Program-made: the position numbers and the translations under genes
In this document: positions 38,836 to 48,371 of the stretch, piece after piece
How positions within the stretch are numbered: the first letter of the stretch is position 1
How the letters are laid out: the number at the start of each line of letters is the position of its first letter
Notes under the pieces: model-generated
Seen by the model: the letters and a program-made list of their open reading frames with translations, nothing else
Database searches by the model: none
What the model was told of the DNA's origin: nothing
NCBI GenBank assembly: GCA_946407735.1
Contig: CAMJPL010000001.1
Coordinates: forward strand, 88,182-152,181
Source of the DNA: an uncultured Clostridia bacterium
Lineage (GTDB): Bacteria > Bacillota > Clostridia > Oscillospirales > CAG-272
Length of the DNA: 64,000 nucleotides
Direction: 5' to 3'

Positions 38836-41706
38836 ATGTCTGATAAATGGTATGACCATACCCCGCAGCAGATCGCGGAAAGGCTCGGCACGGATATGTC
38901 GGGCGGACTTTCCCGGGCCGAGGCGGACAGCCGTTTGAAGAAAAACGGCGGCAATATCATATATCCGGTGCCTAAGGGAGCCTTCAGGGCATATCTGGGG
39001 CATGTGATGACCGACAGCATGTCGATACTGCTGCTTCTGACCGCCGTCATACAGGCGGCGCTCGAGCACAGCGCGGCGGCGGTCGCTCTCATCGTATGCC
39101 TCGCCGTAAATTACATCGCGGCCGTGCTCACATACATAAAAGCGCAGAAGGTGCTTGAGGACACGGCCTCGGGAGCGCTCCCGGTCGCCCGCGTCATGCG
39201 CGACGGCATGCTGTATCTCGTCAGGGCGGAGGATCTTGTCGTCGGCGACGTCATCGTCGTCAGCTCGGGAGACGTCGTCCCCGCCGACTGCCGTCTCATA
39301 GAGTCGAATGACCTGTACGCCTTCGAGGCTCCGGTCACCGGCGTGCCGAAGGCGCAGAAAAAGGACGCCAACTTCCGGGACTTCCATGAGCTCGAGCCGT
39401 CGCAGCAGAAGAACATGCTGCTGGCGTCTACGATCCTCACCCGCGGCAGCGGAAGGGCTATGGTCGTCGCGTCGGGGCAGGACAATCTCGTCTGCCGCGA
39501 GAAAAAGGCTCAGTCGCTTGTGCGGCATGAGGAGCTCGCGGTGGTATCCACCCTTAAAAAGTACTGCTCCGGCTGGAGCCTGTGCATGATCGTGCTCGTC
39601 TTCCTCCTGACGATAGCCGACGCCGTCACCGGGATGCGCACGAGAGGGCTTTTCGACGTATTCCTCACCGGACTTTCGCTCGCCGTCGCGTCGATGAGCG
39701 AGCTTTACACCGCCTTCGGGCATATCATAATCGCCTGCGGCGTCTACAACGCCGTGCATCAGTTCGACAAGCCGGACAAGGGAGCGCTGATACGCAACGT
39801 CGGCTGCATCGACAAGCTCAAGGACGTCTCGACGGTGATAATCCCGAAGGATGGGTTCCTGATGTCGGGCGGGCAGTCGGTCGAATCGGTATATACCGGC
39901 GGCGTGGAGTACACCGACGACGCGCCGAACTTCGGCAAGCGCTGCTCGATGCTGCTCCGCTTCGCCGTCATCTCGACGGCGCTGTACGGGAAAAACAAGC
40001 TGTCTGTGACCGGCGTCGATCCTGACGTGATACATACCGCCGAGGAGAAGGCGATAGTCGCCGAGGCCGAGAAGCACAAGCTCTACAACGTCGCGCTCGA
40101 CCGCGATTACCCGATACTCGATCATATGAGCGCCGGAGGGCCGAGCCGCTTCGAGACGTCTCTCGTCGGCAATTTCGCCGTCGAGAACCTTGGCAACGGC
40201 ATAGACGGCATATCCGACGACTCGCGCCCGCATAAGGAGGGCGAGGATTATCTCGTCTGCTGCCGCGGCGAGCTGACGGCGATACTCGCCAGATGCCGCA
40301 CATACACACAGAACGGCGCGATGGTGCCGCTCGATACCGCCGCCTCGGCCGACATAAGGGCGTCCGCACTCGCGAGGGGCAGGGCGGCGTACCGCGTCGT
40401 CGGCATAGCCACGAAGACCACGTCCGACAACGATCTTACGAGGATAGAGAACCTTCAGAGCGATCTCAACTTCGAGGGCTTCCTCGCTATACGCGAGCCT
40501 ATCCTGCCGGGAGCGGCGAGAAACATGGCGAAGCTCCGCGCGGCCGGGATAAGCGTCATCATGCTCTGCGACGATCTGTCCGAGAATAATCTGCAGATCG
40601 CCAAGACCGTCGGCATCGCCAACAACAGCACCGACGTGATGCAGTCGAAGCAGATGGACAGGACGTCCGACGGCATGCTCAGGACGAATATCCGCTCATA
40701 CCGAGTCTATGAAGCTCTCAGGCTCGACCAGAAAAAGAAGCTGATCGATTTCCTTCGCGCCGAGGGTGAGACCGTAATGTTCATGGGCGGAAAGCTCGAC
40801 GAGATCGGTCTCATGAGGGAAGCCGACGTCGGCGTCGGGAAATCGGTGACGATATCCATCAAGGGCGCGAGAGGCGAGCTGAGGCGGAACCGCAACGAGA
40901 CGGAGTATATCCGCACCGGCAAGGAGGATCCGAAGCTCGGCTGCGAGGCGCTGAAATTCGCCGCCGACGTCATCGTGTCGGAGAGCGACGACGAGGGCAA
41001 CGGCAGCTTCAACGCTCTTGTCGGGGCGATAGCCTCGGCGAAGGTGATATACCAGAACATCCTCCGCATGGTGAGATATCTCATCACGTCGCAGCTGGCG
41101 AGACTGTTCATCGTGCTCTACTCGGTCATCGTCCGATATGAGATGATGTCTCCGGTGCAGATCATCTTTACCGGTCTTATCGTCGACTTCGCGGCGGTCA
41201 TGATCATCGCCTTCGAGCGCCCGTCTCACGATATACTGCGACTGGAGGAGAACACCTCCGGCAGTCTCAGCCGTCCGCTCGCGCACAATATCACTTGCGT
41301 CGCCTTCGGGCTCTTCTGGGCCGGAGCCGGCATCGCCGCACCCCTGCTCGCCGACGCTACGGTGTTCGCTCTCGAGCCGGCCCAGACCGGCGCGGCGGTG
41401 TTCATCGGCTTCCTGCTCGCGCAGGCGGTCGTGCTGAGCGAGACGATGAAAAGCGGCAGCGTGTTCATGCCGAACGTGAAGTTCAACTTCATCTACGCCG
41501 GAGTGATCGGCGCGCTGATCGCCTTCGTTGCCGTCGCTATGCTGACGCCGCTCGGACAGGCCTTCGGGATAACCGTGCTTCCCGTCGCCGGATGGCTCTG
41601 CGCGCTCATCCCACCCGCCGTGCTGCTGCTCGTTTATGAGATATACAAGGTCCTCTACGCAGTCTACCTCTCCGCCAGAAGATGGAAGGAAAAACGGGAG
41701 ATGTGA
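38836..41706 (+). CDS. P-type-ATPase-fold protein, predicted catalytically inactive
   Basis: P2-type N-terminus HTPQQIAERLGTDMSGGLSRAEADSRLKKNG and overall TM layout, but DKTGT, TGES, MITGD, GDGVND and PEGL motifs are replaced. Confidence 0.75.
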   Translation: MSDKWYDHTPQQIAERLGTDMSGGLSRAEADSRLKKNGGNIIYPVPKGAFRAYLGHVMTDSMSILLLLTAVIQAALEHSAAAVALIVCLAVNYIAAVLTYIKAQKVLEDTASGALPVARVMRDGMLYLVRAEDLVVGDVIVVSSGDVVPADCRLIESNDLYAFEAPVTGVPKAQKKDANFRDFHELEPSQQKNMLLASTILTRGSGRAMVVASGQDNLVCREKKAQSLVRHEELAVVSTLKKYCSGWSLCMIVLVFLLTIADAVTGMRTRGLFDVFLTGLSLAVASMSELYTAFGHIIIACGVYNAVHQFDKPDKGALIRNVGCIDKLKDVSTVIIPKDGFLMSGGQSVESVYTGGVEYTDDAPNFGKRCSMLLRFAVISTALYGKNKLSVTGVDPDVIHTAEEKAIVAEAEKHKLYNVALDRDYPILDHMSAGGPSRFETSLVGNFAVENLGNGIDGISDDSRPHKEGEDYLVCCRGELTAILARCRTYTQNGAMVPLDTAASADIRASALARGRAAYRVVGIATKTTSDNDLTRIENLQSDLNFEGFLAIREPILPGAARNMAKLRAAGISVIMLCDDLSENNLQIAKTVGIANNSTDVMQSKQMDRTSDGMLRTNIRSYRVYEALRLDQKKKLIDFLRAEGETVMFMGGKLDEIGLMREADVGVGKSVTISIKGARGELRRNRNETEYIRTGKEDPKLGCEALKFAADVIVSESDDEGNGSFNALVGAIASAKVIYQNILRMVRYLITSQLARLFIVLYSVIVRYEMMSPVQIIFTGLIVDFAAVMIIAFERPSHDILRLEENTSGSLSRPLAHNITCVAFGLFWAGAGIAAPLLADATVFALEPAQTGAAVFIGFLLAQAVVLSETMKSGSVFMPNVKFNFIYAGVIGALIAFVAVAMLTPLGQAFGITVLPVAGWLCALIPPAVLLLVYEIYKVLYAVYLSARRWKEKREM

Positions 41707-41721
41707 GAGAGGAAATATGAT

Positions 41722-41753
41722 AAAACCGTCCCATCGTCGGTGGGACGGTTTTT
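41722..41753 (+). terminator. Intrinsic terminator after P-type-ATPase-like gene
   Basis: AAAACCGTCCCA-tcgtcgg-TGGGACGGTTTTT. Confidence 0.9.
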
Positions 41754-41756
41754 CAT

Positions 41757-41891
41757 TTGACGTATTTCAATGTCTCCGCCGATTATCTTCTCGATCTGAG
41801 TGAGGGGAAATATATCGACGTCAGCGATCTTGACGATGATGCCGCCGCTCATATCAGAATGATCATAGACGATATCAGAGGCAGAAAATGA
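41757..41891 (+). pseudogene. 3' remnant of an XRE-family regulator (C-terminal ~44 codons)
   Basis: Frame reads LTYFNVSADYLLDLSEGKYIDVSDLDDDAAAHIRMIIDDIRGRK*, resembling the end of HTH_3 regulators; upstream in-frame stops at 41718-41723. Confidence 0.5.
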
Positions 41892-41892
41892 A

Positions 41893-41927
41893 CAGAACAG
41901 GGGACCGTTCCGGTCTCCTGTTCTTTT
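41893..41927. terminator. Intrinsic terminator
   Basis: AGAACAGGgGACC-gttcc-GGTCtCCTGTTCTTTTTA. Confidence 0.75.
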
Positions 41928-41942
41928 ATATGATGTTATTTC

Positions 41943-44132
41943 TTATTCTTCTCTTCCGCGTCTCTGGCTGCGGGGAGTGTAGGCGTTCTTTCTGGCATTA
42001 GGATCGACGACAGGCATCTTCGGCACCTCGGCGGCCTTTTCGGCGGCGGTGAGGGCGTCCTTGCGGGAGAGGTTCATTCTGCCCTTCTCGTCGACGCCGA
42101 GATACTTCACGCGCATCGTATCGCCGACGTCGCAGATGTCCTCGACCTTCTCGACGCGGTAATCGGCGAGCTTGGAGATGTGGACCATGCCCTCCTTGCC
42201 GGGAGCGAACTCGACGAAAGCACCGATCGGGATGATGCGGGTGACGGTGCCCTCATAGATGGCGCCCTCCTCCGGCTCGAAGACGATGTTCTCGATGATC
42301 TTCTGCGCCAGCAGGCCGCTGTCGCGGTTGACGGCGGCGATATAAACGGTGCCGTCGTCCTCGATCTCGATCTTGGCTCCGGTGTCGGCGGTGATCTTCT
42401 GGATGACCTTGCCGCCGGTGCCGATGACGTCGCGGATCTTGTCGGGATCGATCTTCATGGTGATCATCTTCGGGGCGTACTTCGAAACCTCCGGTCTCGG
42501 AGACGGGATGGCCTTGAGGATGACGTTGTCGATGATATAGTCGCGGGCGGCGTGGGTGGTGGTGAGAGCCGCCCAGATGATCTCCGGCGTGAGTCCGTCG
42601 ATCTTGAGGTCCATCTGGATCGCGGTGATGCCCTTATGAGTTCCGGCCACCTTGAAGTCCATATCGCCGTAGAAGTCCTCGAGACCCTGGATGTCGATCA
42701 TGGTCATCCAGCGCTCGCCCTCGGTGATAAGACCGCAGGAGATGCCGGCGACGGGGGCCGAGATCGGCACGCCGGCGTCCATGAGAGCCAGCGTCGAGCC
42801 GCAGACAGAACCCTGAGAGGTCGAGCCGTTGGAGGAAATGACCTCGGAGACGCAGCGAATCGCGTACGGGAAATCGTCTACCGACGGGAGGACCGGACGG
42901 AGGGCTCTCTCGGCGAGAGCGCCGTGACCGATCTCACGTCTGCCCGGGCTGCGGCTGGCCTTGGCTTCGCCTGTGGAATAGCCGGGCATGTTGTAGTGGT
43001 GCATGTATCTCTTCTCGGTCTCCTCGTCTATGCCGTCGAGCATCTGCGCCTCGTCTATCGAGCCGAGGGTGCAGGAGGTGAGGACCTGAGTCTGGCCGCG
43101 GGTGAACATTCCGGAGCCGTGGGCTCTCGGCAGAAGTCCGACCTCGGCGGCGAGCGGACGGATCTGATCCATCTTTCTGCCGTCGACGCGCTTCTTGTCG
43201 GTGAGGAGCCACTCGCGGACGATGTGCTTCTGTATCTGGTAGAGTATCTGATCGAACATCATGTGCTGATCGGGATACTTCTCGTCGTAGGCGGCGTAGA
43301 CGCGCTCGATGATGGGCTGGAGTCTGGCGTCGCGGACGCTCTTGTCGTCGGTGTCGAGGGCGAGCTTGACGTCCTCCTTCACCATGGCCTCGACCTCGTC
43401 CATGAGAGCCTGATCGACGGCTCCGGACGGGTAATCGAACTTCGGCTTGCCGATCTGGGCTTGGATGTCCTTTATGAAGCGGCAGAGCTTCTTTACTTCC
43501 TCATGCGCGAGCATGATGGCGTCGAACATCTCCTTGTCGCCGACTTCCTTGGCGCCGGCCTCGATCATGACGACCTTTTCCTCGGATCCGGCGACGGTGA
43601 GCTCAAGAACGCTCTCGGCGCGCTCGGCCTGAGTCGGGTTGATGATGTATTTTCCGTCTACCATTCCGACGAAGACTCCGGCGATCGGGCCGTTCCACGG
43701 GATATCGGAGATGGTGAGGGCGATGGACGCGCCGATCATGCCGGTGATCTCGGGCGAGCAGTCCTGATCGACGCTCATGACGAGCAGCGACAGAACGACG
43801 TCGTTGCGCAGATCCTTCGGGAAGAGCGGGCGGATCGGGCGGTCGATGACGCGCGAGGTGAGGATGGCTTTTTCGGTCGGGCGTCCCTCTCTCTTGTTGA
43901 AGGAGCCGGGTATATGGCCGACGGCGTAGAGTCTTTCCTCGAAGTCGACGGACAGCGGCAGGAAATCTATGCCGTCGCGCGGCATTTTGGAAGCGGTGGC
44001 GGTGGCGAGTATCGCGGTATCGCCGTATTTGATGAAGCAGGAGCCGTTGGCCAGACCTGCCATCTTGCCGGTCTCGACGGTCAGTTTGCGGCCGGCGAGC
44101 TCGGTCTCAAAGACGCGGTAATTTTCAAACAT
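41943..44132 (-). CDS. pnp: Polyribonucleotide nucleotidyltransferase (PNPase)
   Basis: RPIRPLFPKDLRNDVV, FGEAKASRSPGRREIGHGALAERAL-like core, C-terminal KH and S1 domains (MKIDPDKIRDVIGTGGKVIQKI; GAIYEGTVTRIIPIGAFVEFAPGKEGMVHISKL). Confidence 0.97.
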   Translation of the reverse strand: MFENYRVFETELAGRKLTVETGKMAGLANGSCFIKYGDTAILATATASKMPRDGIDFLPLSVDFEERLYAVGHIPGSFNKREGRPTEKAILTSRVIDRPIRPLFPKDLRNDVVLSLLVMSVDQDCSPEITGMIGASIALTISDIPWNGPIAGVFVGMVDGKYIINPTQAERAESVLELTVAGSEEKVVMIEAGAKEVGDKEMFDAIMLAHEEVKKLCRFIKDIQAQIGKPKFDYPSGAVDQALMDEVEAMVKEDVKLALDTDDKSVRDARLQPIIERVYAAYDEKYPDQHMMFDQILYQIQKHIVREWLLTDKKRVDGRKMDQIRPLAAEVGLLPRAHGSGMFTRGQTQVLTSCTLGSIDEAQMLDGIDEETEKRYMHHYNMPGYSTGEAKASRSPGRREIGHGALAERALRPVLPSVDDFPYAIRCVSEVISSNGSTSQGSVCGSTLALMDAGVPISAPVAGISCGLITEGERWMTMIDIQGLEDFYGDMDFKVAGTHKGITAIQMDLKIDGLTPEIIWAALTTTHAARDYIIDNVILKAIPSPRPEVSKYAPKMITMKIDPDKIRDVIGTGGKVIQKITADTGAKIEIEDDGTVYIAAVNRDSGLLAQKIIENIVFEPEEGAIYEGTVTRIIPIGAFVEFAPGKEGMVHISKLADYRVEKVEDICDVGDTMRVKYLGVDEKGRMNLSRKDALTAAEKAAEVPKMPVVDPNARKNAYTPRSQRRGREE

Positions 44133-44429
44133 GCGGCAGTTTCTCCTTATAAATTATCTGAACCTCGGAGGGGGCCTGCCCTCCTTAAAAATCCGGCTGA
44201 GCCGGTATCCCGCGGTCCGGGCGGACAATATCCGTTTTCCTCACATACGGAAAAGGGCGTCCGGCAGAGGGATCCTCAAAAAACATCCGCATGTCAGTTT
44301 AGCACTTTAATACGTTCCGCTCCATCACTTTCGGGAGAGAGCGGCGGCGCGGGGCATATTGAACTGCTAAGCCGTAATGCGGATCTGATTTCGCTCCGCC
44401 CGGCTTTTACGCCGGGCGGAGTATTGTGA

Positions 44430-44696
44430 TTACTTACGCAGACCGAGTCTTTCGACTATCGAGCGGTAACGGGTGATATCGTTCTTCTGAAGATATCCGA
44501 GAAGGGAACGGCGCTTGCCGACCATCATAAGAAGGCCGCGGCGGCTGTGGTTGTCCTTCGGGTTTCTCTTGAGATGCTCGGTGAGCTGATTGATTCGGGT
44601 GGTGAGGACAGCGATCTGTACCTCGGGAGATCCGGTGTCGCCCTCGTGGGTGGCGAACTTCTGCATGATCTCCTGCTTTTCTTCCTTGAGAAGCAT
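44430..44696 (-). CDS. rpsO: 30S ribosomal protein S15
   Basis: [70 protein letters not shown]. Confidence 0.98.
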   Translation of the reverse strand: MLLKEEKQEIMQKFATHEGDTGSPEVQIAVLTTRINQLTEHLKRNPKDNHSRRGLLMMVGKRRSLLGYLQKNDITRYRSIVERLGLRK

Positions 44697-45083
44697 GACT
44701 TTTTACCTCATAATATTTGGTTACATGCCGCCGGCGCAGCGGGGGCCGTGAGGATCGCCCTTGACCGGTCCGGCGGTGGCGTTTTCGCCGGCATGTTATA
44801 TCCGGCGCGGCCCGGCTGATATATTGAGCCGAACCGACAATATATTATATCACAACCGCCGTCTTTGATAAAGAGGGAAAAGGAATAATTTACAATTAAT
44901 TTACCCGCGCTGCTCAATGAGTCTTTCGCGGTTTATCGCACCCATAATAACAAAATATACATGGAGTTACCCGTTTGTCTATTGAAAAAAACATTCCGAT
45001 ATAGTATAATATTATATTATGTGAGCCGCATCAGGCTCGTTATCCATGTTCGCCGGCCGCCTCGGGCGGCGGAGAGTTGCATT

Positions 45084-45962
45084 ATGTTCAGAATAAAAGA
45101 AGCCTATCCTCTTACCGACATAACGGTATATATGAAGATCGAGGCTCCGGACGTCGCGAAAAAGGCGGGACCGGGGCAGTTTATCATCCTCCGCGCCGAC
45201 GAGACCGGCGAGAGGGTGCCGTTCACCATCTCCGAAGCCGATCCGGCCGAGGGTACGGTATCGATAATCTTTCAGAAGGTCGGTCTTTCGACCCTCAAGC
45301 TCGGCGAGAAGAAGCCGGGCGACATGATCGCCGATTTCGTCGGGCCGCTCGGCAACGTCTCGCATCTCGACGGCTATAAATCCGCCTGCGTCATCGGCGG
45401 CGGACTCGGCTGCGCCATCGCCCTGCCTCAGGCGAAGTATCTAAGCGATCACGGCGCCAATGTCGACATGATCGCCGGATTCAGGAACAAGGACATAATA
45501 ATCCTTGAGCCGCAGATGAAAAGCGTCTGCGACACGCTGACGATAATGACCGACGACGGCTCGAACGGCAACAAGGGCCTCGTCACCGATGCCCTCAAGG
45601 CGAAGATAGCCGAAGGAAAGAAATACGACGTCGTCATCGCCATCGGCCCGCCGATAATGATGAAATTCGTCTCGCTCCTGACGAAGGAGTACGGGATAAA
45701 GACCATAGTCTCGCTCAACCCGATCATGATCGACGGCACCGGCATGTGCGGCGGCTGCCGCGTGACCGTGGGCGGCGAGAGAAAGTTCGCCTGCGTCGAC
45801 GGCCCCGATTTCGACGGGCATCTCGTCGATTTCGACGAGCTGATGAAGCGGAACGCCACCTACCGCGATATCGAGGGCGAGTGCTGCAATCTGTACAAGA
45901 TGGGTCAGCAGCGTCAGAGCGGACCTTCGAAGCCGTCGCAGCCGGAAGGAAAGGAGTCCTGA
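45084..45962 (+). CDS. Sulfide/dihydroorotate dehydrogenase-like FAD/NAD-binding subunit (NfnA/GltB-small-like)
   Basis: MFRIKEAYPLTDITVYMKIEAPDVAKKAGPGQFIILRADE...MCGGCRVTVGGERKFACVDGPDFDGHLVDF. Confidence 0.9.
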   Translation: MFRIKEAYPLTDITVYMKIEAPDVAKKAGPGQFIILRADETGERVPFTISEADPAEGTVSIIFQKVGLSTLKLGEKKPGDMIADFVGPLGNVSHLDGYKSACVIGGGLGCAIALPQAKYLSDHGANVDMIAGFRNKDIIILEPQMKSVCDTLTIMTDDGSNGNKGLVTDALKAKIAEGKKYDVVIAIGPPIMMKFVSLLTKEYGIKTIVSLNPIMIDGTGMCGGCRVTVGGERKFACVDGPDFDGHLVDFDELMKRNATYRDIEGECCNLYKMGQQRQSGPSKPSQPEGKES

Positions 45963-45965
45963 ACA

Positions 45966-47357
45966 ATGCCCAACATGCAGAAGACAAAGACGCCGATGCC
46001 GTCGCAGGACGCTTCCGTCCGCGCAAGAAACTGGTATGAGGTCGCTCTCGGCTACACCGCCGAGGATATGGCGAATGAGGCCGCCCGCTGCCTCAACTGC
46101 AAAAACCATCCCTGCACGGCGGGATGTCCCGTCGCCGTGAACATTCCCGGCTTCATCAAAAAGCTCGCCGAGGGAAAGCCGACAGAAGCCCTGCGAGTGA
46201 TCGAGGAGACGAGCTCTCTCGCCGCGATATGCGGCCGCGTCTGCCCTCAGGAGCGTCAGTGCGAAAGCCTCTGCGTAAGAGGAAAGAACGGCGATCCGGT
46301 CGGCATAGGACGCCTTGAGCGCTACGCCGCCGATCACGGCGTCTCCGGCATATCCGGCGCGAAGAAGGAAAAGGACAGCGGCGTCCGCGTCGCCGTCATC
46401 GGATCGGGCCCTGCGGGGCTTTCCTGCGCCTCCGATCTCTGCCGCATGGGATATGAGGTCACGGTGTTCGAGGCCCTTCACAAGGCCGGCGGCGTGCTGT
46501 CGTACGGCATACCAGAGTTCCGTCTGCCGAAGAGCATCGTCGGCAAGCAGATAGAGTCGCTGAAGGAGCTCGGCGTCGAGTTCCGGCTCGATTACGTCGT
46601 CGGACGCACATTTACCGTCGACGAGCTGTTCGAGAGCGGGTACGAGGCGATATTCATCGGCAGCGGCGCCGGACTTCCCGGATTCATGGGCATCCCCGGC
46701 GAGAACGCCGCCGGAGTCATGAGCGCGAACGAATTCCTGACGCGTATAAACCTGATGAAGGCCTACCGCGAGGAATACGACACCCCGATCCGCATACCGA
46801 CCAGAGCCGCTGTTGTCGGCGGCGGAAACGTCGCCATGGACGCCGCGAGATGCGCCATGCGCCTCGGCGCCGAGGAGGTCAGCATCATATACCGCCGCTC
46901 CGAGGAAGAGATGCCGGCGAGAGCCGAGGAGATAGAGCACGCGAAGGAAGAGGGTATCGTCTTCCGCACGCTGCAGAATCCGGTAAAGGTCAACACCGAC
47001 GAGAAGGGCAATACCGTTTCGGTGACGGTCGTCGATATGGAGCTCGGCGAGCCGGGACCCGACGGACGCCGCAGACCGGTCGAGAAGGCGGGCTCCGAGC
47101 ACGACATACCCTGCGACACGCTGATCGTCGCCGTCGGCACATCGCCGAACCCGCTGCTGCGCATGACGACGCCCGGGCTTGAGAGCGACAGGAAGGGCTG
47201 CCTTACCGTCCTCGAGGACGGCGTGACTACCACCCGTCCCGGCGTGTTCGCCGGAGGCGACGCGGTATCTGGCGCGGCGACCGTCATACTCGCGATGGGC
47301 GCCGGAAAGAAGGCCGCCAAGGCGATAGACGAGTATCTTAAAAGCAAGGCGAAATAA
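45966..47357 (+). CDS. gltA: NADPH-dependent glutamate synthase/NfnB-like subunit
   Basis: EAARCLNCKNHPCTAGCPVAVNIPGFI, AVIGSGPAGLSCASDLCRMGYEVTVFEALHKAGGVLSYGIPEFRLPK. Confidence 0.92.
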   Translation: MPNMQKTKTPMPSQDASVRARNWYEVALGYTAEDMANEAARCLNCKNHPCTAGCPVAVNIPGFIKKLAEGKPTEALRVIEETSSLAAICGRVCPQERQCESLCVRGKNGDPVGIGRLERYAADHGVSGISGAKKEKDSGVRVAVIGSGPAGLSCASDLCRMGYEVTVFEALHKAGGVLSYGIPEFRLPKSIVGKQIESLKELGVEFRLDYVVGRTFTVDELFESGYEAIFIGSGAGLPGFMGIPGENAAGVMSANEFLTRINLMKAYREEYDTPIRIPTRAAVVGGGNVAMDAARCAMRLGAEEVSIIYRRSEEEMPARAEEIEHAKEEGIVFRTLQNPVKVNTDEKGNTVSVTVVDMELGEPGPDGRRRPVEKAGSEHDIPCDTLIVAVGTSPNPLLRMTTPGLESDRKGCLTVLEDGVTTTRPGVFAGGDAVSGAATVILAMGAGKKAAKAIDEYLKSKAK

Positions 47358-47443
47358 ATAGACGTAAAACCGCGGATGTCTGCGAAGGCAGTCCGCGGTT
47401 TATTTGGATATCGTGTTTAACGCCGCGAGAGGGGAAAACGGAG

Positions 47444-48265
47444 ATGGAAAAATTATTCGAAGGCGTTTTTTCGGGATGCTTCTCACCTGAATGCCGCGCC
47501 GATGAAAACGGGATCATCAGGCGAAAGAACGATACCGGCGAAGACCGCGTCCTTGACGGCGATTTTTTTGACGAAACGGATATCAGGCTGTGGCGCGGCG
47601 GCGCTTTTTCAAGAAGTCTTGAGAGCCGCGCCTTTCTCGGCAATCCCGCTTCGCGCCGTCTGATTGACGAGATCGTCCGCCGCGGATGCGTGATAGATCT
47701 CGCCTGCGGACCGGGGATGGGGTTCATCCCGTCGGTGAAGATGCTCGATCCGTCGCTTCCATGCATCGCATCGGACGCGAATTACGACGTGCTGAACGAA
47801 TGGCGGAAATTCATCGGCGGAAGAAAGCTCGGCCGTCTCGGCTTCGCGCGGTTCTCGCTGTTCGACATTCCGATCAGGAGCGGCTCGGTTCCGGCGTACA
47901 GCAGCTTCATCGGGATCTCAAGCACGCGTGAGGGGGAGAAGGGGCATATAAAAGCCCTGTCCGAGATCCGACGGACTCTCTCGGATGGCGGTGTCCTCTG
48001 CGCCGTCGAGAGCGAATGGACGGACGTCCCGGCGATACTGCAGCTGTTTGAGAGGATGGGCCGGGAGCCGTGGGGCTGCTTTCTCGAAGAGCGGAAGCAG
48101 TGGCATGACAGGTTTGAGGAAAACGGCTTCGATATAATATACGAAGCGCCGTATGAGTACAGGAGTCTTTCAGCCGATGACAACGAGCTCGGCGAGGCGT
48201 CGGAAAGGTACGGCGTCGATGTGGGAATGAAGTTCACGGCGTTTATCGTCGGGAAGAGGGGATAA
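47444..48265 (+). CDS. Class I SAM-dependent methyltransferase-like protein
   Basis: VIDLACGPGMGFIPSVKMLDPSLPCIASDANYDVLNEW. Confidence 0.65.
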   Translation: MEKLFEGVFSGCFSPECRADENGIIRRKNDTGEDRVLDGDFFDETDIRLWRGGAFSRSLESRAFLGNPASRRLIDEIVRRGCVIDLACGPGMGFIPSVKMLDPSLPCIASDANYDVLNEWRKFIGGRKLGRLGFARFSLFDIPIRSGSVPAYSSFIGISSTREGEKGHIKALSEIRRTLSDGGVLCAVESEWTDVPAILQLFERMGREPWGCFLEERKQWHDRFEENGFDIIYEAPYEYRSLSADDNELGEASERYGVDVGMKFTAFIVGKRG

Positions 48266-48371
48266 AAAATGACGCCCGGAATCCGCTGAAAAAACTTTAT
48301 GAAAAAACGCAGAATGACCCAATGATCAAGCCCCTTTCCGCACTTTAAAGACGAAAGGCAGGTGAGAAGCG

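Noticed and set aside
38656-40233. 525-aa minus-strand ORF
   Set aside because: Antisense to the ClpE-like end and the P-type-ATPase-like gene; no domain signal.
42180-44429. 749-aa plus-strand ORF
   Set aside because: Antisense shadow of pnp; composition artefact of high-GC coding sequence.
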